DNA of 64,000 nucleotides from Candidatus Falkowbacteria bacterium GW2011_GWF2_43_32 (GCA_000999715.1 LCGL01000001.1:387139-451138); one strand, 5' to 3'. Counted from the stretch's first letter, positions 28,945 to 37,612 are shown. The notes: generated from the sequence alone by a model not told the origin. Numbers and translations: made by a program.

Positions 28945-29135
28945 ATTTACTTATTATTTTTTGTTAATATAAGAATATCATATCGTTCCAAAACAATAAA
29001 CTTCATATCAAAAAATAGCCCTAACATTAGGACTGTTTCTTACTGCGGAGAGGGGGGGGTAGTTGGAATGATTTTAGATAAATAAAAAAGGAAGTCTGAT
29101 GTTTTAGCCTTCCTTTTAAAACCAGGCACAGCATT

Positions 29136-29420
29136 TTAGAACAACAATTTTTTTTGTTCCCAAAGTCTGTCCAATTTTTTTGACAAAAACCCGTTATAGA
29201 AATAACCAGATATAAGCAGAGCGGCAAATGCAGAGAGTGTAACAGTAATTGTTATTGCTGCGGTTTCGCCATGATCGATTATAGGTGTTGATAAGGCTTT
29301 GCAATATATAATGGCCACAATAGCAGCCGTTACAAAAAATAATATCCTTAGCCATTCTTTTGTTAATTGCACCTTGTTTTCTTTACGGCAGATTTCGTCG
29401 ATTTTGGTTTCTTTTTTCAT
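29136..29420 (-). CDS. Small hypothetical membrane protein
   Basis: 94 aa, two TM helices, ttgaca-18-tataat promoter and own terminator. Confidence 0.65.
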   Translation of the reverse strand: MKKETKIDEICRKENKVQLTKEWLRILFFVTAAIVAIIYCKALSTPIIDHGETAAITITVTLSAFAALLISGYFYNGFLSKKLDRLWEQKKLLF

Positions 29421-29602
29421 GATTTTATTTTTTTAATGTTCAATTTAATAACAATATTATAGCATATTTTATTAAATATGTCAATTGATGGATAAAATGA
29501 CCCACTTAAACTAACACTATTTATATTAATATTAGCTAAAATATAACATTATATAACAATATTTTTGCTTATTCCTTATTTAGTTTTGGAACTTTTTGAC
29601 AC

Positions 29603-29829
29603 CAAAAAATAAGGCTATAAACCTTATTTTTGGCGAACTGCGGAGAGGGAGGGATTTCCGCCCTCGCTCCGCTTCCGCGTCGCTCACTTGTCCCGGGTCA
29701 GACGCTCAACCGCATCCTCGCCGCTCGGAAAAGCGGCTCGGATTTGTTTCGCTTCTGACCTGTTCGCATCCCTTTCGTCTTTTACGCATACAAAAATACA
29801 ACCCAGAAGGGCTGTATTTTTGTATGCGG
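29603..29829 (-). repeat. Structured non-coding element abutting the tRNA-Ser 3' end, copy 1
   Basis: 18-nt duplication tgcggagagggagggatt at 29639-29656 and 29825-29842; ~20-bp hairpin; inverted T-arm-like copy. Confidence 0.88.
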
Positions 29830-29914
29830 AGAGGGAGGGATTCGAACCCTCGATGCCCTTTCGGGCATACCGGTTTTCGAGACCAGCGCACTAGACCAAC
29901 TATGCGACCTCTCC
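29827..29914 (-). tRNA. tRNA-Ser(CGA)
   Basis: ggagagg/cctctcc acceptor stem, ctggt-ctCGAaa-accgg, long variable arm, ttcgaat. Confidence 0.95.
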
Positions 29915-29931
29915 TTTGTCTCTAGCGATGA

Positions 29932-30249
29932 TTATTTAATCAGAAATAAAACGGTCAGAAAAATTAATAATAAGACGAATAGGCTGGCGCCGGTGTAAAA
30001 CAACAGTTTTAAACTCTCTCTTTTTTGTCCGTCCAGATAAAGCATAATCGGTTTGGCCAAAATCAGTCCTCCGGTGACCAGAGCGGAAAAGATGAATAAT
30101 AACAGAAAGGCGATTGGCGCAATAGCGTTATTGTCCGATGCGCCGAAAAGCTTATCGCCGTTGTTCATGATTAAAGATATCAGGAAGATATAAACGGTTA
30201 CTCCCACGGAATTTAAGATGGCTCTGATTGCCAGTTGAGAATTTTTCAT
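29932..30249 (-). CDS. Hypothetical membrane protein
   Basis: 105 aa, three TM helices. Confidence 0.7.
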   Translation of the reverse strand: MKNSQLAIRAILNSVGVTVYIFLISLIMNNGDKLFGASDNNAIAPIAFLLLFIFSALVTGGLILAKPIMLYLDGQKRESLKLLFYTGASLFVLLLIFLTVLFLIK

Positions 30250-30260
30250 AAAATAGTTAT

Positions 30261-30974
30261 TTATATTTTATTATTTTTTAATCTCATAATTTCTTCCTGC
30301 GGCAAATACTCCCAACGTCCTTCGGATAAAGTGCCGAGGGACAAGCCGCCCAAGGTGGTGCGCTTCAGGTCCCTCACTTTTATTCCCAGGGATTGGAACA
30401 TGCGTCTGATTTGTCGTTTCTTACCTTCGTTTAAGGTTATTACAAAAAGACCATTTTGTAAATATTTGGCGTTCTTGGCTCGCGCCAAACCGTCGCCTTC
30501 GCCGATATCCAAACCGCCGATTAATTTTTTAATGATGAAATCGGGATTATCGATTTGGCCGGCGATTTTTACTTCATAATTTTTTTCTTGTTCAAATTTA
30601 GGGTGGGTCAGATGTTGAGCCAAATCGCCGTCGTTGGTTAAAAGTATCAATCCGCGGCTGTCTTTATCCAATCGTCCGACCGCAAATAATCGTTCCGACA
30701 GATTTACCAAATCAAAAATATTCTTTTCGCCCGGAAAGTGGCGATTCGTGCAGGTATAGCCGATCGGTTTGTTGAGCTTGAGATATATCTTGTCGGCCGC
30801 TCGAGAAATCAGACGATTGTTAATGGTAATTTTATCTTTTTCCGGATCGGCTTTGGCACCGAGGGTGGCCGCTTGGCCGTTAATTTTCACTCGGTCGTTT
30901 CTGATCAATTCTTCCGCCTTGCGGCGTGAACAATATCCGCTGGCGGCGATGGCTTTTTGTAAGATTATTAACAT
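30261..30974 (-). CDS. RsuA/RluB-family pseudouridine synthase
   Basis: S4 domain CSRRKAEELI, LNKPIGY, VGRLDKDSRGL, EGKKRQIRRM. Confidence 0.92.
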   Translation of the reverse strand: MLIILQKAIAASGYCSRRKAEELIRNDRVKINGQAATLGAKADPEKDKITINNRLISRAADKIYLKLNKPIGYTCTNRHFPGEKNIFDLVNLSERLFAVGRLDKDSRGLILLTNDGDLAQHLTHPKFEQEKNYEVKIAGQIDNPDFIIKKLIGGLDIGEGDGLARAKNAKYLQNGLFVITLNEGKKRQIRRMFQSLGIKVRDLKRTTLGGLSLGTLSEGRWEYLPQEEIMRLKNNKI

Positions 30975-30975
30975 A

Positions 30976-32367
30976 TTAATTTTTAAGTTCTTGATCGCGC
31001 CGGTAATCCAAGTGCCAAGCGCCGGCAAAAGCAATCAAAAGCCAGAACATTGCGGCCAAATCATTTTTAAAATAAGGAACGTCCACCAAACCGTGGACAA
31101 CAATGGTTACCATCGCCATCAACAATCCTAAAGCCAGGTATTTCTCCGATCTTTTGTCGCGACTATAAGCAACGGTCAGTCTGAGAGAAATGTACAGATG
31201 TTTAATTATTATCCAAAGAAACAACAGGGCTCCGGCCAGGCCGAGTTCACTCCAGAAATTCAGGATGATATTATGCGGATATAAATATATTTCCACCGGT
31301 TGCCAATATTTTTCTCGTAGTTCTGCGCTGACCCAGGCCTGGGCATGAAAATTTTCAATCTTGTCGCGGTTAAAGAAAATGCCTTCTTGGTGGTAGGGGC
31401 TGACGGCGGCTTGATAGTTGCTTAAGCCGGCACCCAGCCAGAAGCGCGAGCCACTCAACATTTGTCCGGTTTCCCGCCATTGCTGGCGACGGATTTCTCC
31501 CGACAAATCTCTGAGAGCAACTTTTTCCAGCAAGACGGTTTTTAAGACCGGTGAAGAAAAAATGATGGCGGCACCGAAAATTAAAATAATTATTGTCGTC
31601 AAACGACTGATTTTATTGGCTAAAAGACCGAAAACGAATAAAGCGGCCGCTAGTCCTATTAAAGCGCCTTCCGAACGCGCAAACCAGACGGCTAAAACGG
31701 CCAGGATGATTGACGTCAGAATAAGCGCCGTTTTTAACAGGGAATTTTTTTCCTTTTTATAAAACAGCCAGCCGGTCAACAAGGCGACAATGGGCGCCAA
31801 GTATAAGCCGACGGCGTTGGGATAGCCGAAGAAGGACACGGTGCGCCGTTGCGCCTCTGCCGCCCAGAAAGGATTGGCGATAAAATTTCCGGTTATTTTT
31901 TGTACAAGAGCGAACAGGGAGACAACGACGGCAGACAGCAAGAGCGCCCAGAAAATTTTTAACCACTCCCGTTTGGTTTTAAAAATATTAAATAGGAGAA
32001 TAAAGAGCAGAGCCGGCTCAAAGAAATAGGCCTTCCAAATTCCCAGAGCTTCCGTGCTGAAACCGGCCACGCCGACGGAGACGAAGGCGATGATAACCGC
32101 CAGGGCTATTTCCCAGGAAAAAGGATAGGGAATTCTTGACGGACGATTTTTCCATAAATTTTTTAGGTTCGGCACAAAAAACTTTCCGAACCAGACGATG
32201 AAACTGATTAGAATCATGACTTCCAGAAAAGTGAAGGGCAGTCCGGCCAGTTGAAAACGGATCAAGTATGACGGCAGGGCGGCGATTAACAATAAAAGCG
32301 CCAAATCCAGGCGAAAGATGGCCAGGACCAGAAATAAAACGCTTAAAATAATAATCCAAACGGGCAT
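30976..32367 (-). CDS. O-antigen ligase family membrane protein
   Basis: Polytopic; R..SFFGYPNAVG, GAGLSNY, YPHNIILNFWSELG. Confidence 0.85.
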   Translation of the reverse strand: MPVWIIILSVLFLVLAIFRLDLALLLLIAALPSYLIRFQLAGLPFTFLEVMILISFIVWFGKFFVPNLKNLWKNRPSRIPYPFSWEIALAVIIAFVSVGVAGFSTEALGIWKAYFFEPALLFILLFNIFKTKREWLKIFWALLLSAVVVSLFALVQKITGNFIANPFWAAEAQRRTVSFFGYPNAVGLYLAPIVALLTGWLFYKKEKNSLLKTALILTSIILAVLAVWFARSEGALIGLAAALFVFGLLANKISRLTTIIILIFGAAIIFSSPVLKTVLLEKVALRDLSGEIRRQQWRETGQMLSGSRFWLGAGLSNYQAAVSPYHQEGIFFNRDKIENFHAQAWVSAELREKYWQPVEIYLYPHNIILNFWSELGLAGALLFLWIIIKHLYISLRLTVAYSRDKRSEKYLALGLLMAMVTIVVHGLVDVPYFKNDLAAMFWLLIAFAGAWHLDYRRDQELKN

Positions 32368-32480
32368 AACGATTAGTGGTTATCTTAACTGCATTATATC
32401 ATTGCTTATCCAAACAAACAAAGACGGTATAAACAAAAAACCGCCATTGTTATTAAGACGGTTCTTTGTGATATTTTAAT

Positions 32481-33041
32481 CTAATTTACTCTTTCCACGT
32501 ATTCTCCGGTATCGGTATTGACTCTAATCATATCTCCTTCATTAATAAACATCGGTGCGCCGATTTGAGTGCCGGTTTCAATTTCCACCAGTTTGTTGAC
32601 ATTGCCGGCGGAATTGCCTTTGACGCCCGGCGGAGCGCTAATGACCTTAAATTCCATTTTTATCGGCAGACTGATAGTCACCGGACGATTTTCAAAATAT
32701 AAGACATCGATATCCACACCCTCTTTAAGAAAACGCGCTTGCTCGCCGACTTCTTCGGCCGGCAAGCTGAATTGTTCAAAGCTGACATTATCCATGAAAT
32801 GAATTTCGTCTTTGTCTTTATATAAGAAATTCGCTTTTTTGGTGGCCGTTTCCGCCTCTTCCGCTTTTTCTGAGCCTTGGTAAGTTCGTTCCTGAATATT
32901 GCCGTTGATTAAATTACGGCATTTCACTTTAAGCACGGCACCGCCGCGGCCCATTTTATGATGATCGGTTTTGATGATGATGAACGGCTCGTCGTTGATC
33001 TTAATGACTTTGCCGGTTTTGATTTCGTTGAAATTCAGCAT
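32481..33041 (-). CDS. efp: Elongation factor P
   Basis: HHKMGRGGA loop, PGVKGNSA, FINEGD.IRVNT.TGEYVER. Confidence 0.96.
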   Translation of the reverse strand: MLNFNEIKTGKVIKINDEPFIIIKTDHHKMGRGGAVLKVKCRNLINGNIQERTYQGSEKAEEAETATKKANFLYKDKDEIHFMDNVSFEQFSLPAEEVGEQARFLKEGVDIDVLYFENRPVTISLPIKMEFKVISAPPGVKGNSAGNVNKLVEIETGTQIGAPMFINEGDMIRVNTDTGEYVERVN

Positions 33042-33055
33042 AGGATCGACGTTAA

Positions 33056-33268
33056 TTATTTATGAGTGGCGGATAAGAGAGCCATAATGCGAGAACGTTT
33101 AATCGCGGCCGTCAATTTTCGTTGATGCCAGGCGCAGACGCCGGTTCTGGCCGCCGGCAATATCTTCATATAGAAATTGATGAAGCGGCGCAGAGTGCGC
33201 GTATCTTTGTAATCCACGTCCAAGTTGTTAACGCAAAAATAGCATTCTTTGGTTTTTTTGTTGGTCAT
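33056..33268 (-). CDS. rpsR: 30S ribosomal protein S18
   Basis: CYFC, DYKD, RTGVCAWHQRKL..AIKRSR. Confidence 0.95.
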   Translation of the reverse strand: MTNKKTKECYFCVNNLDVDYKDTRTLRRFINFYMKILPAARTGVCAWHQRKLTAAIKRSRIMALLSATHK

Positions 33269-33282
33269 AATTTTATTGTTTA

Positions 33283-33735
33283 TTAAAAGGGAATATTTTC
33301 TACGCGAATTTCTTCGTCGCCGGTCGGTTCTTCCGGGATTTCAATGATCGGTTCGCCGGATGAGACGCCGGAGTTGCCGGCTCCGTTGCCGAAATTTCCG
33401 CCGGTGCCTTTGCTGTCCAGCATAATCATGTTGTCGGCGACGATTTCCGTGCGATAGCGTTTAACGCCGTCTTGTCCGGTCCAATCGGTAGTTTGTAAAC
33501 GGCCCTCGATATAGACTTTTGATCCTTTACGTAAGTATTTGGAGCAGATTTCCGCCAGCTTGCGCCAAGCGATGATGTTGTGAAACTCGGCCTTTTTTTG
33601 TTGTTGGCCGGTTTTATCGGTCCAAACTAAATTGGTTGCGACCGCGAAAGAGACGACACTTTGTCCGGAGGGAGTATTTTTCAATTCCGGATCGCGAGTG
33701 ACATTGCCGATGATCATGGCTTTGTTGAGATTCAT
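33283..33735 (-). CDS. ssb: Single-stranded DNA-binding protein
   Basis: NKAMIIGNVTRDPE, VYIEGRLQT, acidic C-terminus ending IPF. Confidence 0.96.
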   Translation of the reverse strand: MNLNKAMIIGNVTRDPELKNTPSGQSVVSFAVATNLVWTDKTGQQQKKAEFHNIIAWRKLAEICSKYLRKGSKVYIEGRLQTTDWTGQDGVKRYRTEIVADNMIMLDSKGTGGNFGNGAGNSGVSSGEPIIEIPEEPTGDEEIRVENIPF

Positions 33736-33786
33736 ATTTTTGGACTGGTCCGTAACCGCCAAGTGCGACGACGGACAGATGTTAAA

Positions 33787-34308
33787 TTAAATTAAATCTT
33801 TGGCATTGAGAATGCCCTCCAATTTTTCATCCAAATCTTTTAAGTCCACTCTTTTGTCGGTTTTTTCTTTGCTCTTGGAAACAGCCGGAGAGGAGGACAA
33901 AATTTTTGCCTTTTCTTCCTGCTTTTTCTCGGCGGCGGCTTTTTTGGAATCGATTTTAGCTCGGATTTTTGTTTCTTGCGCAACCTCTTCTTCCGTTTTC
34001 GCTTTTTTAACGACAATTTGATGGCGCAAAACATCGGTTGAGAGGCGCAAAGCCTGATCGATTGTAGCCAGATTTTTCCCTTCTAGATCAAATTCAAATA
34101 AACCGTAATACCCGAAAGCGTTATGTTTTATTTCGTAAGCTAAGCGCTTCTTTCCCCAGTATTCCCGATGAGTGATTTGGCCTTCGTTGTCGGTGATGAT
34201 TTTTTCAATCTGGCCGATAACGGTTTTAGCCTCGTCGTCCGTGAATTTGTTGGGGACGATGAATAAAATTTCGTAATGGGTGATTCCGGCGGTCTTGGTT
34301 TTTGACAT
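33787..34308 (-). CDS. rpsF: 30S ribosomal protein S6 with C-terminal extension
   Basis: YEILFIV, WGKKRLAYEIK, VLRH. Confidence 0.95.
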   Translation of the reverse strand: MSKTKTAGITHYEILFIVPNKFTDDEAKTVIGQIEKIITDNEGQITHREYWGKKRLAYEIKHNAFGYYGLFEFDLEGKNLATIDQALRLSTDVLRHQIVVKKAKTEEEVAQETKIRAKIDSKKAAAEKKQEEKAKILSSSPAVSKSKEKTDKRVDLKDLDEKLEGILNAKDLI

Positions 34309-34367
34309 AATTATTATAGATGACAGGCCCTAAAAATTATTTAAATTTTTTCTAAATAATTTCTAAA

Positions 34368-34555
34368 GACCCCCGATTAAATAAAATCCCCAAGTATTCC
34401 AAGACTTTGGGGTCAGAGAATACCTTTAATTTCGCTTTATAGGGCGGAATTATCCCGACAGTCGGAGCCATAAGAGGCGTCGCTGTGGAATATGGGAAAG
34501 ATATTGATATATTAATTTGTGTGTTTAGTCTAACATAAAGCTCCGGTAATTGCAA
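34368..34555 (-). promoter_or_regulatory. Promoter and long structured 5' leader of rpsF-ssb-rpsR
   Basis: ttgcaa-17-tagact; closing stem ttccca-tattcca / tggaata-ct-tgggga. Confidence 0.5.
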
Positions 34556-34636
34556 GGCTGGCGATTTGGCGGTTGACAAGAAGACTTTAATTGAGGCGAT
34601 TGTCAGTTAGCCGGGATTAGTATAAGATAAAATCAT

Positions 34637-35821
34637 ATGAAATATTTCTTTGTTTTGGGTACAAATGCCACTTTATCGGTCGCCGAATTGGCCGCGGTTT
34701 TGAATTTACAAAATTTTCGGCTTTTAGCCGTCGATTTTTTGACAGCGGAAACAGAACGGGAGTTAAATGTGGCCGATTTGATGAAGGGTTTGGGTGGCAT
34801 GATTAAAATCGGGAGAGTGGCGGCGGAAATAAAATCAGGAAATGATTTACGCTTGAGTGAAGCGGTTAAACAGGTCGCCGAAGCCAAACAATTAAAAAAT
34901 ACCGGCGGCAAGTTCAATTTCGGTTTGTCGGATTACGGTCGCCGCGCTTTTAATAAAAAGGATTTGGGTTTGAAATTGAAAAAATATTTTAGCGACGAGA
35001 AAATCAGTTCTCGCTTCGTTATCAGCCGGGAGAAAACTTTATCCAGCGTCGTGGTCACACAAAATAAATTGCTAAAAAATGGCGTGGAAATTATTCTGGC
35101 CGCCGACGGCGATAATGTTTTAATCGGCGAAACTTTAGGCGTTCAGCCGTTTAAAGATTTGTCTTTGCGGGATTACGGCCGGCCGGCGCGCGATGATTTA
35201 TCCGGCATGTTGCCGCCGAAATTGGCGCAAATCATGATTAATTTGGCGCAAATAAATGATAATAATGCCGTGATTATCGATCCTTTCTGCGGTTCGGGCA
35301 CGATTCTAAGCGAGGCGATTATTATGGGTTACAAGAATTTGTTCGGTTCGGATATTTCTTTGAAGGCGATTCAAGACACGCGAAAAAATATCAGTTGGAC
35401 CAAGGAATTATATAAAATAAATGATTTTAAATTGAAGTTATTGGTTAAAAACGCGGTGGATTTATCTAAATTCATCAAGAGCGGTTCGGCGGACGCGATT
35501 GTTACCGAGCCATATTTGGGGCCGCAGAGAGGGATGATTTCTTTCGCGTCGGTGATTAAGAATTTGGAGGAGCTGTATTCGTCCGCCATTAAGGAATTCG
35601 CCAAAGTTTTAAAACCGCAGGGGCGGTTGATAATGATTTGGCCGTTGTTTTATGGACAGAAACCGATTACGCCCGACTACACAGGATTTAAAATAATCAA
35701 TCCGGTGCCGGAAGAGTTGAGAAAAAGCGAATTCATCAAAAAAACCGGTCGCGAAACAATCGTGTACGGTCGGTTGGGACAAAAAGTTTATCGGGAAGTG
35801 GTGGTGATGGAAAAGATATAA
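34637..35821 (+). CDS. Trm11/THUMP-like SAM-dependent RNA methyltransferase
   Basis: GMLPPKLAQIMIN, IDPFCGSGTI, IVTEPYLG. Confidence 0.78.
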   Translation: MKYFFVLGTNATLSVAELAAVLNLQNFRLLAVDFLTAETERELNVADLMKGLGGMIKIGRVAAEIKSGNDLRLSEAVKQVAEAKQLKNTGGKFNFGLSDYGRRAFNKKDLGLKLKKYFSDEKISSRFVISREKTLSSVVVTQNKLLKNGVEIILAADGDNVLIGETLGVQPFKDLSLRDYGRPARDDLSGMLPPKLAQIMINLAQINDNNAVIIDPFCGSGTILSEAIIMGYKNLFGSDISLKAIQDTRKNISWTKELYKINDFKLKLLVKNAVDLSKFIKSGSADAIVTEPYLGPQRGMISFASVIKNLEELYSSAIKEFAKVLKPQGRLIMIWPLFYGQKPITPDYTGFKIINPVPEELRKSEFIKKTGRETIVYGRLGQKVYREVVVMEKI

Positions 35822-35831
35822 ACAGTCAATT

Positions 35832-35863
35832 AAAAAAGAGCCCGGGTATTCTCGGCTCTTTTT
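35832..35863. terminator. Bidirectional terminator
   Basis: aaaaagagcc...ggctcttttt between convergent genes. Confidence 0.8.
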
Positions 35864-35876
35864 ATTTTTGCTTGAG

Positions 35877-36941
35877 TTATCTGTTGATCAAGAAATTGCA
35901 AACATCACCGTCTTGAACAATATATTCTTTTCCTTCGGTGCGAATTAAACCAAGCTCTTTAGCCTTCGCTTCTCCGCCGCATTCTACGAATTTCAGCCAG
36001 TTGATCACTTCGGCACGGACAAACCCTTTGATGAAATCGGTATGGATAACTCCGGCGGCTTGCGGCGCCTTAGTTTCTTTCTTTATGGTCCAGGCGCGTG
36101 TTTCATCCGATCCGGTAGTGAAAAAAGTATCCAGTCCGAGCACTTGATAAGCGCTTTGAATCAGTTTGTCTAGCCCGCTTTGTTCCAAGCCCAACTCTTT
36201 AACATATTCGGCCTGTTCTTCTTCGGGCAGATTAGCAATTTCTTCCTCTAACTTTACATTAATTTTCAAAATTTCATCTTTTGTTCCCGGCAGAACATCG
36301 CCGCCGTGCTTTTCATCAATATTCAACAAGTAAATAATCGGTTTGATGGTCAGCAGGTTTAAAGTTTTTACAAACAATAATTCTTCTTCTTCAAATGCCA
36401 GACTGCGCGTCGGTTGTCCGTCTGCCAAGCCTGTGTATATTTTCTCTAATATTAGTTGATTACCGATTATTTCTTTATCGCCGCTTTTAGCTTCTCGACG
36501 AGCTTTGTCCAATTTTTTCTCTATTGTAGATAAATCGGCTAATATTAACTCAGTATTAATTGTTTCTTGATCGCTGGTCGGATTAACGCGCCCCTCTACA
36601 TGAATAACATTTTCATCCTTAAAATCTCTAATAACTTCACAGATAGCGTCACATTCTCTAATATGAGCCAAAAATTGATTGCCAAGTCCTTCGCCTTTAC
36701 TGGCGCCGGCCACTAATCCGGCAATATCCACGAATTCAATGGTTGTATTGATGATTTTTTCCGGTTTTGATATCGCGGCCAGTTTATCCAAACGAAAATC
36801 AGGCACCTTGACTACCCCGATATTGGGATCAATCGTACAGAAGGGATAATTGGCCGCTTCTACTCCTTTTTTAGTTAAGATGTTGAATAAAGTAGATTTT
36901 CCGACATTGGGAAGACCGACAATACCGATTGATAGTGACAT
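35877..36941 (-). CDS. ychF: Redox-regulated ATPase YchF
   Basis: GIVGLPNVGKSTLFN, ANYPFCTIDPN, DIAGLV.GAS.GEGLGNQFL. Confidence 0.97.
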   Translation of the reverse strand: MSLSIGIVGLPNVGKSTLFNILTKKGVEAANYPFCTIDPNIGVVKVPDFRLDKLAAISKPEKIINTTIEFVDIAGLVAGASKGEGLGNQFLAHIRECDAICEVIRDFKDENVIHVEGRVNPTSDQETINTELILADLSTIEKKLDKARREAKSGDKEIIGNQLILEKIYTGLADGQPTRSLAFEEEELLFVKTLNLLTIKPIIYLLNIDEKHGGDVLPGTKDEILKINVKLEEEIANLPEEEQAEYVKELGLEQSGLDKLIQSAYQVLGLDTFFTTGSDETRAWTIKKETKAPQAAGVIHTDFIKGFVRAEVINWLKFVECGGEAKAKELGLIRTEGKEYIVQDGDVCNFLINR

Positions 36942-37009
36942 ATATTATAAATATGATTGAGTATAGCTAAGAAATGAATTTTTGCCAAATTTTGCTAATT
37001 TTCCCAAAT

Positions 37010-37342
37010 AAAAAGAGGCCCAGAACGGGCCGCTTTTATTATAAAATAAAATAATAATTTATGGGCCATGTCTGAGCCTCATCCCCAATAGATCGATTTA
37101 TGTCCGTTTTATCGGGGATATGAAGCACTTTACTGACTTAAAGAGCATATTCTTACCAGCTCCTAGCAAATTAATTAATGTTTTTATTATTTTTGCTAAT
37201 TTTTAATAAGATCTAATAAAAATTTCTTTTTTGACTTTTATCAAATTTTATAACTTTGAATTAGCACGAGATTAATTTGCTCTAGATATAATTCTTTGTC
37301 ACGTCAGTGTTGACAATGAAACGAGAGCTAGTCAAAGAACTT
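37010..37342 (-). ncRNA. Candidate stand-alone non-coding (or small-ORF) transcript
   Basis: ttgacc-17-tataat promoter (37377-37349), terminator 37007-37040, internal stems, only a 16-codon ATG ORF seen. Confidence 0.4.
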
Positions 37343-37516
37343 ATCTATATTATAGCACTTCTAAATATAAGGGTCAACTATTGTGGACTTAAAACTGTAG
37401 ATTAGGGTATATTTGTTTAATATTAGATAAGTTTATGCTGTTTTATTAAGGTATTTAGGGTTTAAGTCCACGCTACTTTAGACTTAAAACCGAGTTTTGT
37501 ACACAGAAAACACAAG

Positions 37517-37525
37517 TTATCCACA
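37517..37525 (+). promoter_or_regulatory. Consensus DnaA box
   Basis: ttatccaca, with degenerate boxes nearby. Confidence 0.4.
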
Positions 37526-37612
37526 GATTTTAGCTTATTGACGTTTAAGTTTCGTTTGATCGTCGTTCATCAGTAACAAAACAAAGCGCCGGTTGGCACC
37601 TTGTTTTGTTAG

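Larger units (their letters stand above)
23034..29829 (-). mobile_element. Cassette array anchored at the tRNA-Ser 3' end; no integrase in the window
   Basis: Junction repeats beginning gcgg at 23065, 24501, 25014, 25603, 26288, 27144, 27340, 28295, 29045 and 29640 separate low-GC accessory genes, all on the minus strand. Confidence 0.8.

Noticed and set aside
24501..29070. Classical integron attC sites
   Set aside because: No RYYYAAC...GTTRRRY pairs in the gene orientation, no intI in the window, and the cassettes carry their own promoters
23034..29829. CRISPR array interpretation of the gcggagaggg repeats
   Set aside because: Spacing is 0.2-1.4 kb and contains genes, the repeats match the tRNA end, and there are no cas genes
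37010..37342. tmRNA, RNase P RNA or group I intron
   Set aside because: No GGGG..CCA tRNA-like ends, no GAGGAAAGTCC motif, and no group I core motifs recognised
37381..37560. Firm call of oriC
   Set aside because: Only one perfect box, no dnaA/dnaN nearby, and spot checks of GC skew were inconclusive
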